In this document: piece after piece, positions 24,665 through 36,279 of the stretch
How the letters are laid out: each line of letters begins with the position of its first letter
Numbering within the stretch: position 1 is the stretch's first letter
NCBI GenBank assembly: GCA_963693365.1
Contig: CAVNZM010000016.1
Span: forward strand, 92,841-156,840
Length of the DNA: 64,000 nt
Origin: Amoebidium appalachense
Lineage: Eukaryota; Protista; Ichthyosporea
Direction: 5' to 3'
Made by a program: the position numbers and the translations under genes
Notes under the pieces: generated by a model
Seen by the model: the letters and a program-made list of their open reading frames with translations, nothing else
Databases searched by the model: none
Told to the model about the DNA's origin: nothing

Positions 24665-26019
24665 GCTGACCGGCGTAGGGAAAGATAGGGAGAATGAAAA
24701 GGAGTGAAAAGGAATATATAGCTGTAAGGCTGTGGATGCTAAACACAGAAGATGTGTTTGTAGCTGCTGATCTGCTAAAAACTGTCGTGCTTATATACCT
24801 AAGCCTACCGATCTGAACCAATCAATAATCGATCTAGTGATATGTGAAATCTGATCCGAGCCAATCATAACTCGGTCTAGTGATCTGTGGTATCTGATGT
24901 TTTGACTGGCTAATAGGTGCCCGTGTGCGGGCAGCCAACCGCTAACTGCTAAAACACGAAATGAAGCCTACATGGTTATGTTGGTATCGAACACCCATCC
25001 TACGTGTTTACCCAGAAAAAATATTTATGTCAATAATTTCCACAAATAAAACCTATACAGTTGCATATCCTAGATGGGTTTGATATGTTTTGGATGTTCG
25101 CGCAAGATTGCTGATGTATTGGTGCGGGGGAAGACGAGGACGGTGATGAGGTGCATTTCTACGCAAAGGTGGTGCTTCTCTTCACCTGCACTTCAGAGCA
25201 TCATGGGGACAAGCTTCTGAATCGTGCCTTCGTTCGATACTACACAGAGCGCAGACATCTGGACGAACACACACGTTGTCCCCGACTGACATGGGGGATG
25301 GTTGGTGCGAATGCGCAGCGAAGACCGAGGTACGACGTTATTGACGTCGAGTCTATATTGGGGATTTTCCACTGCATCCCGGTGAAGGTCCCTGTAGGGG
25401 GGAGGAAGGAGTTCCTCGTTAACAAATACGTGCACATGGGTCGTAACTCTTGAATTGAGTGCATGGTTTGTAAATGTCAGGTGTTTTCTATCAGATTATC
25501 TTCAGTTTTGTTTTTTTTGTTTATTAAATAAGTTCTTTTGGCACCGCTCTTGATTTACTTTTAATACATGTACACGCATATGGACTTCATACCGGCATGT
25601 TCACCGCCGTCTATACGCTACACTGTTCAGCTTTCCGCAATATAATTATCCCACTACTATAATCCCCTGCCGTTCCAGGCACCCAGAAACTCTGCTAGTT
25701 CTTGTACCCCCTCCGAATCAGCATCCTATTCGTTCTCTTATGTATTCTCTCTCAAGTATGCCAGCATTCCCACGAAACCCCCATAAAACATCCATTGTTA
25801 TATGTATCCAGAAGGCCGTGCCACCAGTTATTATTTACAATTTTACAAGAAAATTATTAACATCTATATTACACATACCTGCCTAATGATAGTGGCCCGG
25901 TATCATATAGCTATACAGCAGCCCCTCCAGATGCTCAATTAAAATGTACACAGCTTGGTTTTTTACTACCAGTGCTAATTTCTATGATTTCAACATGGCC
26001 TGCCATGACCTTCCTATCG

Positions 26020-28047
26020 ATACGGTAAACCCATCCATCAGGCGGGGTTTTCAGACGTCTTTACGACAACTAATGGTTGTCGAGGACACTCATATGGATA
26101 TTGTAAACCCATCCATTCGACAGTTGTTTCCGATGTCTTAAGACAGTCTTCCGAGGGGGTGCAGCAAGACCATCTTATGATGTCGTAATCCGGAGGTGTG
26201 CACGACATACAGTGTACATCCAATGTATGGGGTTAGGCGGAGTACCACCATAATATCATCTTACGATGTCGTAATTTGCAGATGTTTACGACATACACAG
26301 TGTATCGTGGACCTTCAAATGGATACTGTAAACCAATCCATCCGGCCGGGCTTCAGACGTCTATTGACAGTCTCACGTTGGGTGTCGCAAGAGCATGTTA
26401 CGATGTCGTATACTGGGGGGGTTTACGACAACTAATGGTTGTCGAGGACAATCATATGGATATTGTAAACCCATCCATTCGACAGTTGTTTCCGATGTCT
26501 TAAGACAGTCTTCCGAGGGGGTGCAGCAAGACCATCTTATGATGTCGTAATCCGGAGGTGTGCACGACATCCAGTGTACATCCAATGTATGGGGTTAGGA
26601 GTACCACCATAATATCATCTTACGATGTCGTAATGTGCAGGTGTTTACGACATACACAGTGTATCGTGGACCTTCATATGGATACTGTAAACCAATCCAT
26701 CCGGGGGGTTTCAGACGTCTATTGACAGTCTCACGTTGGGTGTCGCAAGAGCATGTTACGATGTCGTATACTGGGGGGGTTTACGACAACTAATGGTTGT
26801 CGAGGACACTCATATGGATATTGTAAACCCATCCATTCGACAGTTGATTCCGATGTCTTAAGACAGTCTTCCGAGGGGGTGCAGCAAGACCATCTTATGA
26901 TGTCGTAATCCGGAGGTGTGCACGACATACAGTGTACATCCAATGTATGGGGTTAGGAGTACCACCATAATATCATCTTACGATGTCGTAATGTGCAGGT
27001 GTTTACGACATACACAGTGTATCGTGGACCTTCAAATGGATACTGTAAACCAATCCATACGGCGGGGTTTCAGACGTCCAGCGACAGTCTCACGTGGGCT
27101 GTCGTAAGAGCATGTTACGATGTCGTACACAGGTGGGGTTTACGACAACTAATGGTTGTCGAGGACATTCGTATGGATATTGTAAACCCATCCATTCGAC
27201 AGTTATTTCCGACGTCGGAAGACAGTCTTCCGAGGGGGTGCAGCAAGACCATCTTATGATGTCGTAATCCGGAGGTGTGCACGACATCCAGTGTACATCC
27301 AATGTATGGGGTTAGGAGTACCACCATAATATCATCTTACGATGTCGTAATGTGCAGGTCTTTACGACATACACAGTGTATCGTGGACCTTCATATGGAT
27401 ACTGTAAACCAATCCATCCGGCGGGGTTTCAGACGTCTATTGACAGTCTCACGTGGGGTGTCGTAAGAGCATGTTACGATGTCGTACTCAGGTGGGGTTT
27501 ACGACAACTAATGGTTGTCGAGGACATTCATATGGATATTGTAAACCCATCCATACGACAGTTATTTCCGACGTCGTAGGACTGTCTTCCGAGGGGTGCA
27601 GCAAGACCATCTTATGATGTCGTAATCCGGAGGTGTGCACGACATCCAGTGTACATCCAATGTATGGGGTTAGGAGTACCACCATAATATCATCTTACGA
27701 TGTCGTAATGTGCAGGTGTTTACGACATACACAGTGTATCGTGGACCTTCATATGGATACTGTAAACCAATCCATACGGCGGGGTTTCAGACGTCTACTA
27801 GCGACAGTCTCACGTGGGGTGTCGTAAGAGCATGTTACGATGTCGTACACAGGTGGGGTTTACGACAACTAATGGTTGTCGAGGACATTCGTATGGATAT
27901 TGTAAACCCATCCATTCGACAGTTATTTCCGACGTCGTAAGACAGTCTTCCGAGGGGGTGCAGCAAGACCATCTTATGATGTCGTAATCCGGAGGAGTGC
28001 ACGCCGTCATCCAGTGTACATCCAATGTATGGGGTTAGGAGTACCAC
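26020..28047. repeat. Tandem array, ~359-bp unit x ~5.6, with motif-rich flank to ~28275
   Basis: gtaaacccatccat recurs near 26103, 26465, 26823, 27182, 27541 and 27902. Units are packed with TTACGA/TCGTAA half-sites, e.g. TTACGATGTCGTAA. Confidence 0.95.
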
Positions 28048-29274
28048 GAAAGTTGTGGTTGCTGTAAACCCATCCATAGGTGTGGTTAGGGTTATACATT
28101 GGGCTGTCCCAATACTGTCGGTCATCCCTAAAGGGGTCGTAAACCACTCCGCCGACGGTCTACGACGTCGTCGACGGGTTTGGAGGTTTTTCCTTCATAT
28201 AGCGTAAACCCATCCATTAGACAGTCCTAAACCAGTGCCAACCCATCGACGAGGTCTTCGGTGGGGTTACGAGGGGGGGGGGGGGAGATTGCTGATGGAG
28301 GTGGTGGTTGAATTGTGCAGCCGTTTGTTGTAATACGTAGTATTTACATATGGTAAGATCTTCTCAGTTTGTGACACTGTTATGTTTCAGTTCATATGCT
28401 TAGTGTAAATGCCACACTCCTATTATGTAAAGTGTAGCATCGATCTCCGATATGCTTGTATACTTGTAATCGTGTTGTATCGGCTTTAATCGTGTGTTGT
28501 AATATCGATTAGAATATTTATATGTGTGTACACGGATCCACCCACTCAGGGAGAGACGTGTACATGTTCGTGTGTACATAAATATCTCTGGTTATACTAT
28601 ATATAGTAGTTATGCTATTACTATCTTGTTTGTTGATCTGTGCTCTCTTTTCCTTCCTCTTTCTCCTTCCTTATTTTCTTTTCTTTCTCTCCTTGTCTTC
28701 ATGTGTATAATCGTATTTCTTTTCTACTAATATATGTTAGGTAGATTTGTTTTACTTAATACGTGTTCATTGGACGGTAACACACTTAGGCTACACTTAG
28801 AATAGCATGTGTGTTTAGACTTCATTAATTCACTTTAGTTTTCATGTGTTGCCGGGCTTTAACCAATCATCAAGGTTAAGTGTGATATGTCTGAGTCTTT
28901 GCAGTATGTCATAGGTTAGAACTTCCTTGATGATGACACGAGTTGATCTTAACTAGTGTCTGTGTCCTATCGTGTACGTCTCCGCGTACCGGATCTCTCT
29001 GAAAGCAATTGGTTCTTAGTGATTGGTTTCTATTAGAGATAGATCTGATTTCCGACTGGTCGGAAATCATGTATGGATTGGACTTAGAGGAATTTCATGT
29101 ATTTATTCGAAGATCAGAATAAATTCAGTTCAGTCGTGTCTAAACATTGATGTCTGTTGTGTACACTGCTCCGATCGTTCCGTGTTTTGTTGTTGTGTGT
29201 GTCTGTGGTGTTTTTACACTGCACCACTGTGTCTCTGCTTTCATCCCAAATACTTATACAATTTTAACACCGTT

Positions 29275-30582
29275 TGATGCCAATCGAACCACTTACCACC
29301 TCCGCCTATCACCCACAAACCAATGCAGCAAACGAACGGGTACATAGGACATTAAACGACTCACTGTCTAAATATATCGATTAGGAATCCAAACAGTGGG
29401 ACGACCTCTTGCCTTATGTGACACATGCATATAATATAACACCACATAAACTTTCCAAGTGTCTCCACATTATTTAATGTTTGGGCAAGAGGCACGCCAA
29501 ATTCCTGACGTAGCTCTCTTGCTGGATAACCATCCAGCTCTGAAATACAAGGAATGGCCAGAATATCCGAGTCGTGAGTGGCTTCTTAAACGAATCCCGG
29601 TATATCGTGCGGTGGTGCAACAAAGATAAGCAAAAAGGGCCTGCACCCACCCCCTTCCCTTGCCCGTGTGTTCCAGCCTGGTGACAAAGCATTAATAAAA
29701 CATCAGGCTAAAAACCCCGGAAAATGGGATGCTAAATGGTACATGGGTTCGAGACAGTCAAGCTTGTTGGTCGATTCACTTATCATTGAAAAAAGACAAA
29801 AGACACGAAATCGCAAATGTTCACATACAATGTGGATGATTTGAAGCTTGACATAGATGTTGCATCACGGGTGGCCCCTCAAGATCTCTTTGACCTCCCT
29901 GTGGGTGGTCAAGATCATGGCTGGGACACCATTCTACCAGATGAACTGGAAGTGGAACATATTCTTGACGTGCGCCAAATATAAAAAACGCAAACACAGT
30001 TTTCCACAATACCAATATCTTATCAGGTGGAAAAACAAAGATTCGAGTCATGATAGTTGGGAAATGGAGAAAAATCTCAATTGCCCTGATCTTCTGCTCG
30101 AATTCAAACAGGCCCATGGCCTTGTCGGTAAAAAGAAATTGTAATTTCCCAAATTTGGCATTTTTTTCAGCTTGCTGATTGGTTGCCAAAGGCTTGTCGG
30201 GACGACAAGACTTACGGGGGGTTTTGTAAGTATCCCGTCCGAAATGTGGGTCGGATCGGGTTACGGATCATCCAAATCGCCGGGCTCAATCCGATTTCTG
30301 AATCCGGATTGCCATTGTAGACCAATCGACCTAGATCAAGGACCACTATGATTGGCTGTAGCTATGTGCGAGAGGCTTCAAGTTCCCAGGCTGGCTGTGA
30401 TATAAGGGCCTAGCGTGGTCCATTTTCCCTCTTCTTAGAAGGCTTGTCTTTCTTTCGATCATAGCTTAGCAGCCTGGTGTAAGTGATTGTGCTTTTAGGT
30501 AGCACTAGGTCGACTCTATTGTGTTATACACTCTTGAGGTTCGACATCCCACTCGCACATGTTAGAAAGACTTATTTATACA
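29275..30582 (+). mobile_element. Ty3/Gypsy chromovirus remnant: integrase C-half, chromodomain, PPT and 3' LTR
   Basis: TTSAYHPQTNAANERVHRTL...WDDLLPYVTHAYN...FGQ with stops and frameshifts. Chromodomain reads EVEHILD...YLIRWKNKDSSHDSWEMEKNLNCPDLL. A G-rich PPT at ~30215 precedes TGTAAG (30226)...TATACA (~30582). Confidence 0.85.
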
Positions 30583-30702
30583 ACACCTATGATAAGCTGC
30601 ACCCGGCATTTAGCGTCATCATCGTAATCTATTGGGATTGGATACTGACTGAATGCGGTAGATCCTACAGTCAGCAGCTACTCATTAGATTTCCATCCCA
30701 GC

Positions 30703-33700
30703 TAGGGGTCTGTAAATCTATCTCAAAAAAGGTACCTAAATATCAAGTGGCTCTTTCTCGATCTATTGTAAACAACTGTACACATGAACTGTACATGTTT
30801 ACTAAAGAATGTGATCTACTAGCACACGATTCGTGCTTTGTCATGAATATCACATAAATATTATGTCCGCACCAATAGGACTCACTCTGACCTAAGAATT
30901 GAACCATATATGGTTCTTCAGCTGCATACCACATAAACGAAGTGAACCAATAAGAGGTTTGCATAAATAGGACAAAGGTCTGACTGGCTCGGACCGCACC
31001 AGAATCACGAATGGCATGTTGCCACCCGCGCTGGCCGCGGATGAACCAATCCTGGGCCTTGATCCGAAACCTGGGGGCTATATAAGAAAGCCGTCCCAGT
31101 ACGGGGATCACATCAGTGAAGTCTGAGACAGACTGAGTCGGCCCATAGTAAAAGCAACCTGGCCGCGTGTGCCTTTCTACCCGTTCTCTGTCTTTATTTT
31201 GATTCAGTTGTACTCTGCCTTATCCTAACTAGTCCAACTGTTTACATTGGCGACCGCGCAGTTCAAGAATCTCGCATCCTTCGAATCTCACATCTTTCAA
31301 TCAGTTCAAGAATCTCACATCTTTCAATCAGCTCAAGAATCTCCCATGGCCGATCACAATCCTTTTTACCCCGATGATAGGCACATCTTTCCTTGTCCGG
31401 CTTAGAATATATACACCTACAAGTTTGAAGTGGCCAGCCCACCTACACGGAAAGAATTGAAAGCATGTAAAACTTCTTTTGCTACGACACATCAAAAATG
31501 TGAAGAAAAACGAATACACAACGAAACAACGAATACACGAACAAACGAATAAAGAATTGCTAACGAAACAATGAACTGACGAAAAACGAACCATCACGAA
31601 TACGCAATGAAATAAAGAATTAACGACAAACGATTGCATAGAGGAAATACGAAATGAATGCAACACGAAAACAAAACGAAGTAACGAAGTTATCAACTGA
31701 CAAAAAACGAAAAACGAAAGCAAAATGAACTGGAAATACGAAAATGAAAGGACGAATGCACAACACTGCTTGGGTTGCAATGCACACAGCCCCCTCTATG
31801 TTAGGAAGAAAATAAAACCGTTGCCCTTGCGTGCATTGCCCTATTGCACACTGCCATCGTGTCCATGCCACTGCATGCACGTCCACACTCGCAAGCCAGA
31901 TGCACGGCCACTTTCAGCACAAATGCACTTAACGAAGAAGATAGTCGCTGTTGCTATAGCATGTAGGACCTAAGATCTTATGAAAGTAGTGTTGCATGCA
32001 TGCTTCGAATCCCTTGCTGTTCTCGAATACAGCATGCCCCATAGTTTAGCGCCCAGGATGCACAACATGCGCATGAATGTATGCTGGCATGCCTAAACAC
32101 ATTACGAACATATGCCTGACTCATGTATGGCGGCCCTTCCTGGTGCCACGCCCTAACGAATTTGCACTCTTGGTGCACAAAAGGCATGTAATAAAGTCGA
32201 TGCAGAACTTTTGTTCATGCATGTGAAAAACAAAGAAGGTGTTGGGTACGAATTTTAAGGTGAATGCCCGTCTGTGGCAATACGGTGTAACATACTAATT
32301 ACACTGTCAAGCCTTGCACTAGCTGCCGGCACACCCCCACCAGAACAAAAGAATGTGGTATGGGCACCGCTCCCTCACAACCCCATCATACAGTGTCAGT
32401 ATTTTGGCTGGAAGCCTTTCAGTTTCGAATTACGAATACCCTCCTTCACTACTGAAGAAAGTGACGTGGAAGACAAATACGAATACGAATGCAAGGTGTT
32501 GTTGACTAACACATCGGACCATCATGTGTACCTACTAGGCCCTGGTACGGAGGTGACCATGTTATTCCCTTGCAATATGATGACACTGTAACAATTTAGC
32601 ACGTGCATACCCCACCAATGGGCACATGCGGGAGACAACCCCACAAGCTGCCTTATTGGGCACCTCTGCTAAAACGAATATTCTTCTCACGAAGGAACAG
32701 AAGAATGCCACGAACACGAACCACACACTCCCCAGGCAGCTACTTACGTCTGATGTATGAAAGTAGTAGGTGTGTGAATTGGGTAACTCCATGAACACCA
32801 ACACGAAAGAAAGCACAGCACAAAGCAGTTCCACGAACACGAATGGTTTTGGTTTTCCACACAACGAACAGAACCAACAGTAGGGCCACCTACAAATGAA
32901 GCAGAGGATGGGGCACCATCCAGACCTGCACTGGAGGATATGAAAACACGAAGCGCGCTCACGAAGTTGCTTACAAAAGAAAGGGCGACTGTGACGACTT
33001 TTCTTTTTAGGCCAAGCCTCCAGAAGAATGTATTATGCCTGGAATCCCCCTGCTCAACGAAAATGGCTGGCAAATGGGATACGAAAACTGCTCACGAATG
33101 GAAGCATGTGTTTTCTGAAGAAGGCTTGCTTTGCCTACCCTCTTCTTATGAATTATGAACCGGGTTTTTACTGGTTCTGACGGGCTGATATATTTCTTTA
33201 TGTCGCCCAACGAAGAACATTTAGGGCATTCTTATTCATGCTATTCCCGGCTCCGATGATGCAGGGTTAAAGCTGAAAGGAAAGAAGTGCTCTTTGTTCA
33301 TGAAAGAAGTGGCTTTTCCGGCCATGGTGACTCGCCTTACAGTCTTAAGGTAGAACCGGGATAAGGAGCAGCGGCTAAGCCTTGAAGCTATCCACCACTA
33401 CCTGAGCTACGAAGTGACCTAAGCCTTGAGTTATATTCATTATCGAATGTTTGGTATGATCATTCATCCACACAACCAAATTACTCGCAATTGAAAACGA
33501 ATCTGCGGGAGTATCCTAAAAAGGAAAAATTCCCAAAAAGGAAAATACTACTTCTACAGAAAAGCCAAGCACAGAGACGAAGGCTTAGCGAATTATTCGC
33601 ACACACACTCTGCAACAATCTTCGCCACGAAAATGAAATCACAGAAGAATGCTGCATGAATTTACGTTTTGGCAAATGAAGAAGTGCTCATAGACGTGCA

Positions 33701-34495
33701 CAACTCTATTCCACCGTCCTTGCTCTGTTCTGTCCAGCAGCTCGGCACACACAAGAATTCTCGCTGAAGGTTGTTTATCGCCTCTCAGCCTGGTGGTTTG
33801 CTTGTCTAACGACACCACCAGGCTCCCGACAAGGGGGGGAGTGTAAACAACTGTACACATGAACTGTACATGTTTACTAAAGAATGTGATCTACTAGCAC
33901 ACGATTCGTGCTTTGTCATGAATATCACATAAATATTATGTCCGCACCAATAGGACTCACTCTGACCTAAGAATTGAACCATATATGGTTCTTCAGCTGC
34001 ATACCACATAAACGAAGTGAACCAATAAGAGGTTTGCATAAATAGGACAAAGGTCTGACTGGCTCGGACCGCACCAGAATCACGAATGGCATGTTGCCAC
34101 CCGCGCTGGCCGCGGATGAACCAATCCTGGGCCTTGATCCGAAACCTGGGGGCTATATAAGAAAGCCGTCCCAGTACGGGGATCACATCAGTGAAGTCTG
34201 AGACAGACTGAGTCGGCCCATAGTAAAAGCAACCTGGCCGCGTGTGCCTTTCTACCCGTTCTCTGTCTTTATTTTGATTCAGTTGTACTCTGCCTTATCC
34301 TAACTAGTCCAACTGTTTACATCTATCCCAAAACCCACCTAAATATCTTAGATCATTTCCCGGAAATTCTCAAAAAAAAAAGCACCTAAATTTCTTTTGA
34401 TCCATCCCAAACCCTACCTAAATATCTTTCATCTATCTCGGACTTTCCCACAGTGTACCTAAATATCTCGTCGAAAAATCTCAAGATCCAGAGGC

Positions 34496-34537
<42 letters not shown>

Positions 34538-34712
34538 CTCTCAAGGCTTAGTGTGAGTATGGACTTAGGGCAGGCAGGGAGATTTGTGCACATGGAAATG
34601 CAGTGAAAATCTGCAGCAGCAAAAGTTGGCCAGGTACGGCAAGGCAGGAGGGGGGCACACTTAGTGAGTGGATCGAGAGTCTTGTACGGCAAGGCAACTT
34701 GAAAGGGGGCCA

Positions 34713-34765
<53 letters not shown>

Positions 34766-35441
34766 ACTCTAAGTGTGACAAAATTAGCTCACATTAGTAT
34801 GTTTCAAGTATAGGACTCCTGCCGATGGCGTGCACGTGTGCCATTTTGACAATGCACGTCCTAATGTCTTTGCTGCAGAGAGCGCCAGACACACAATAGC
34901 GAGTTACAGCATATATACCTTTCAGGTCAGCCGGCATCGCCCCGAATAATGTTTTGATTGGCGTAAACAAGCGATTGTTTGAATCGGTGTTGCAAACAAA
35001 CCATTACCATCGTTTCCCTCCAAATTGCAAATTTTGAAGTGGTGTTAGGTTGCCCGCCAAAACACCGTTACGGTAGGCCAATAAAAAGCTGGGTCACGTC
35101 GACCATATATCGTTCTTTTGCCCGCCTGAAAGAAAACTACGCCATTGGTGTTTTTCTAAATCTTTCTCTAACATGGGCCAATGAATCCACAGCCATCATT
35201 AAGCTGCCTACAGGTCCCCAAATATACTTATATATATACACCTAGACCACGAGATATTTGGATCTATCCCGCCTCAATTTTTCGACTTTCTCGAGATAGA
35301 TCCCCAGATTGATCTATCCCACATGTACCTAAATATCATTTTCATTTCCCAAAAACGTGGCTAAATATCCGGCTTCTTTCCTTTCTCAACAGGTACCTAA
35401 ATATCACGAGAAATTCCCGATATATCTACAGACCCCTAGTA
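30703..35441. mobile_element. Non-autonomous hAT-like DNA transposon
   Basis: TIRs TAGGGGTCTGTA (30703) and TACAGACCCCTA (35427-35438). The 8-bp duplication ATCCCAGC is at 30695-30702 and 35442-35449. Repeated ACCTAAATATC motifs occur at 30733, 34337-34468 and 35327-35405. Confidence 0.8.
30767..34321 (+). mobile_element. Non-autonomous LTR retrotransposon (Gypsy-derived) nested in the hAT-like element
   Basis: 480-bp LTRs at 30767-31246 and 33842-34321 (TGTAAACA...TGTTTACA) look identical by eye. 5-bp TSD TCTAT, PBS-like TGGCGACCGCG and PPT AAGGGGGGAG are present. The interior has no long ORF but keeps an RT relic, AGLKLKGKKCSLFMKEVAF (~33260-33320). Confidence 0.93.
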
Positions 35442-36054
35442 ATCCCAGCGCCCCTCTATACTAGCAGCAGTGCTAAAGTTCACATTCCGGAGTGGGGACC
35501 GTGACTTTGGCGCAGAGGTGTGGCAAACAAATTAGTACCAGCACATGGATTGGTTGTATCATTAGGTCAAAATCAAAAATCAACCACACATTTAAAAGCC
35601 TAAAACCTACTTACACTAGTTTAACCCCTTTTTTTATATAATAATAATTATTATAAATAACTTGGTTAATTAATATGTTAGCTTGCATATCAAGTAAAGT
35701 ATTATTTATTTTTGGTTGTAAAGACTTGGCGAAGACTGGCGATAATGGATTTTTCAGCCAATCAGTGTATCTTGCACCAGCTCCAAACGTGGCGCGTGTA
35801 TTGGATACAAAGTTCAACTGACCAATCGCAGGTGACGCCGAAAACTATGACGTAACATTTCCTTTAGGAAATTGAGCGGGGCGGAGGGGACGCACTATCC
35901 TAGATCACCTTATTAATGCTGCACAGTATGATATTGTGATCCGGTGCCTTAACTTTCTTTCGGAGCTACCGATGCTAGCCTCTGCTTACCCATAATATGT
36001 AATAGGGGTGTCATATACTACGATGGCGCTCATTGTTGCCTAGCATGTACATAT

Positions 36055-36279
36055 GTCACTGGCTGCATTTGATTGGCTGCGCCGGAAAACGCAGTAGGCC
36101 GTCGAATGTGGCTGGGCCCCACGGCAGTGTCCACGCAATAAAAAGTGTGTAAACCCCGAGGGGACGCCGGAAACTCGGGGTTTATGCACTTTGTATTGCT
36201 GCGGACATCGTCAAGGGCCCAGCCTCACTTGACGGCCTACTGCGTTTTCCAGCGCAGCCAATCAAGTGCAGCTAGTGAC
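36055..36279. mobile_element. Foldback/MITE-like ~225-bp imperfect palindrome upstream of XPO7
   Basis: gtcactggctgcatttgattggctgcgc...ccccgag pairs with ctcgggg...gcgcagccaatcaagtgcagctagtgac across a short loop. Confidence 0.75.

Larger units (their letters stand above)
14451..25053 (-). mobile_element. Ngaro-type retrotransposon, element 2 (near intact), interrupted by element 1
   Basis: A1 25053-24704, B1 20274-20185, A2 20184-19841 resuming at 14678, spacer, B2 14540-14451. Both of its B repeats have a 5-A run where both element-1 B repeats have 4. Confidence 0.95.
9617..25453 (+). pseudogene. Intron-containing Plavaka/CACTA(EnSpm)-like transposase, 3' part, disabled (exons 9617-9821, 11874-12105, ~25108-25453)
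   Basis: Exon A, KFH..H..D.TRLFG...E.YERAHK...K..YR.TNK...Q, resembles the conserved post-catalytic motif of Plavaka/CACTA-type transposases. It splices in phase 0 (CAG|gt...ag|GTA) to exon B, VATKVRRWDAL plus an acidic tract. The last exon, DVLV...FYAKVVLLF...AFVRYY...YDVIDVESILGIFHCIP...FLVNKY*, matches the typical C-terminal domain. There is a TAA at 9768-9770 and an apparent frameshift near 25130. Confidence 0.7.

Noticed and set aside
26020-28047. CRISPR-like array or repeated small ORFs
   Set aside because: Units are near-identical over their full 359 bp with no unique spacers and no cas genes, in a eukaryotic context. The ORFs are by-products of the repeat.
28300-29270. AT-rich block as a solo LTR (ends ...TTATACA, hairpin at ~29047-29069)
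   Set aside because: I found no matching TG start with a TSD and no second copy, so it is left unannotated.
30743-34186. Duplicated 122/126-aa minus-strand ORFs as a gene pair
   Set aside because: They lie inside the two LTRs and have no recognisable domain.
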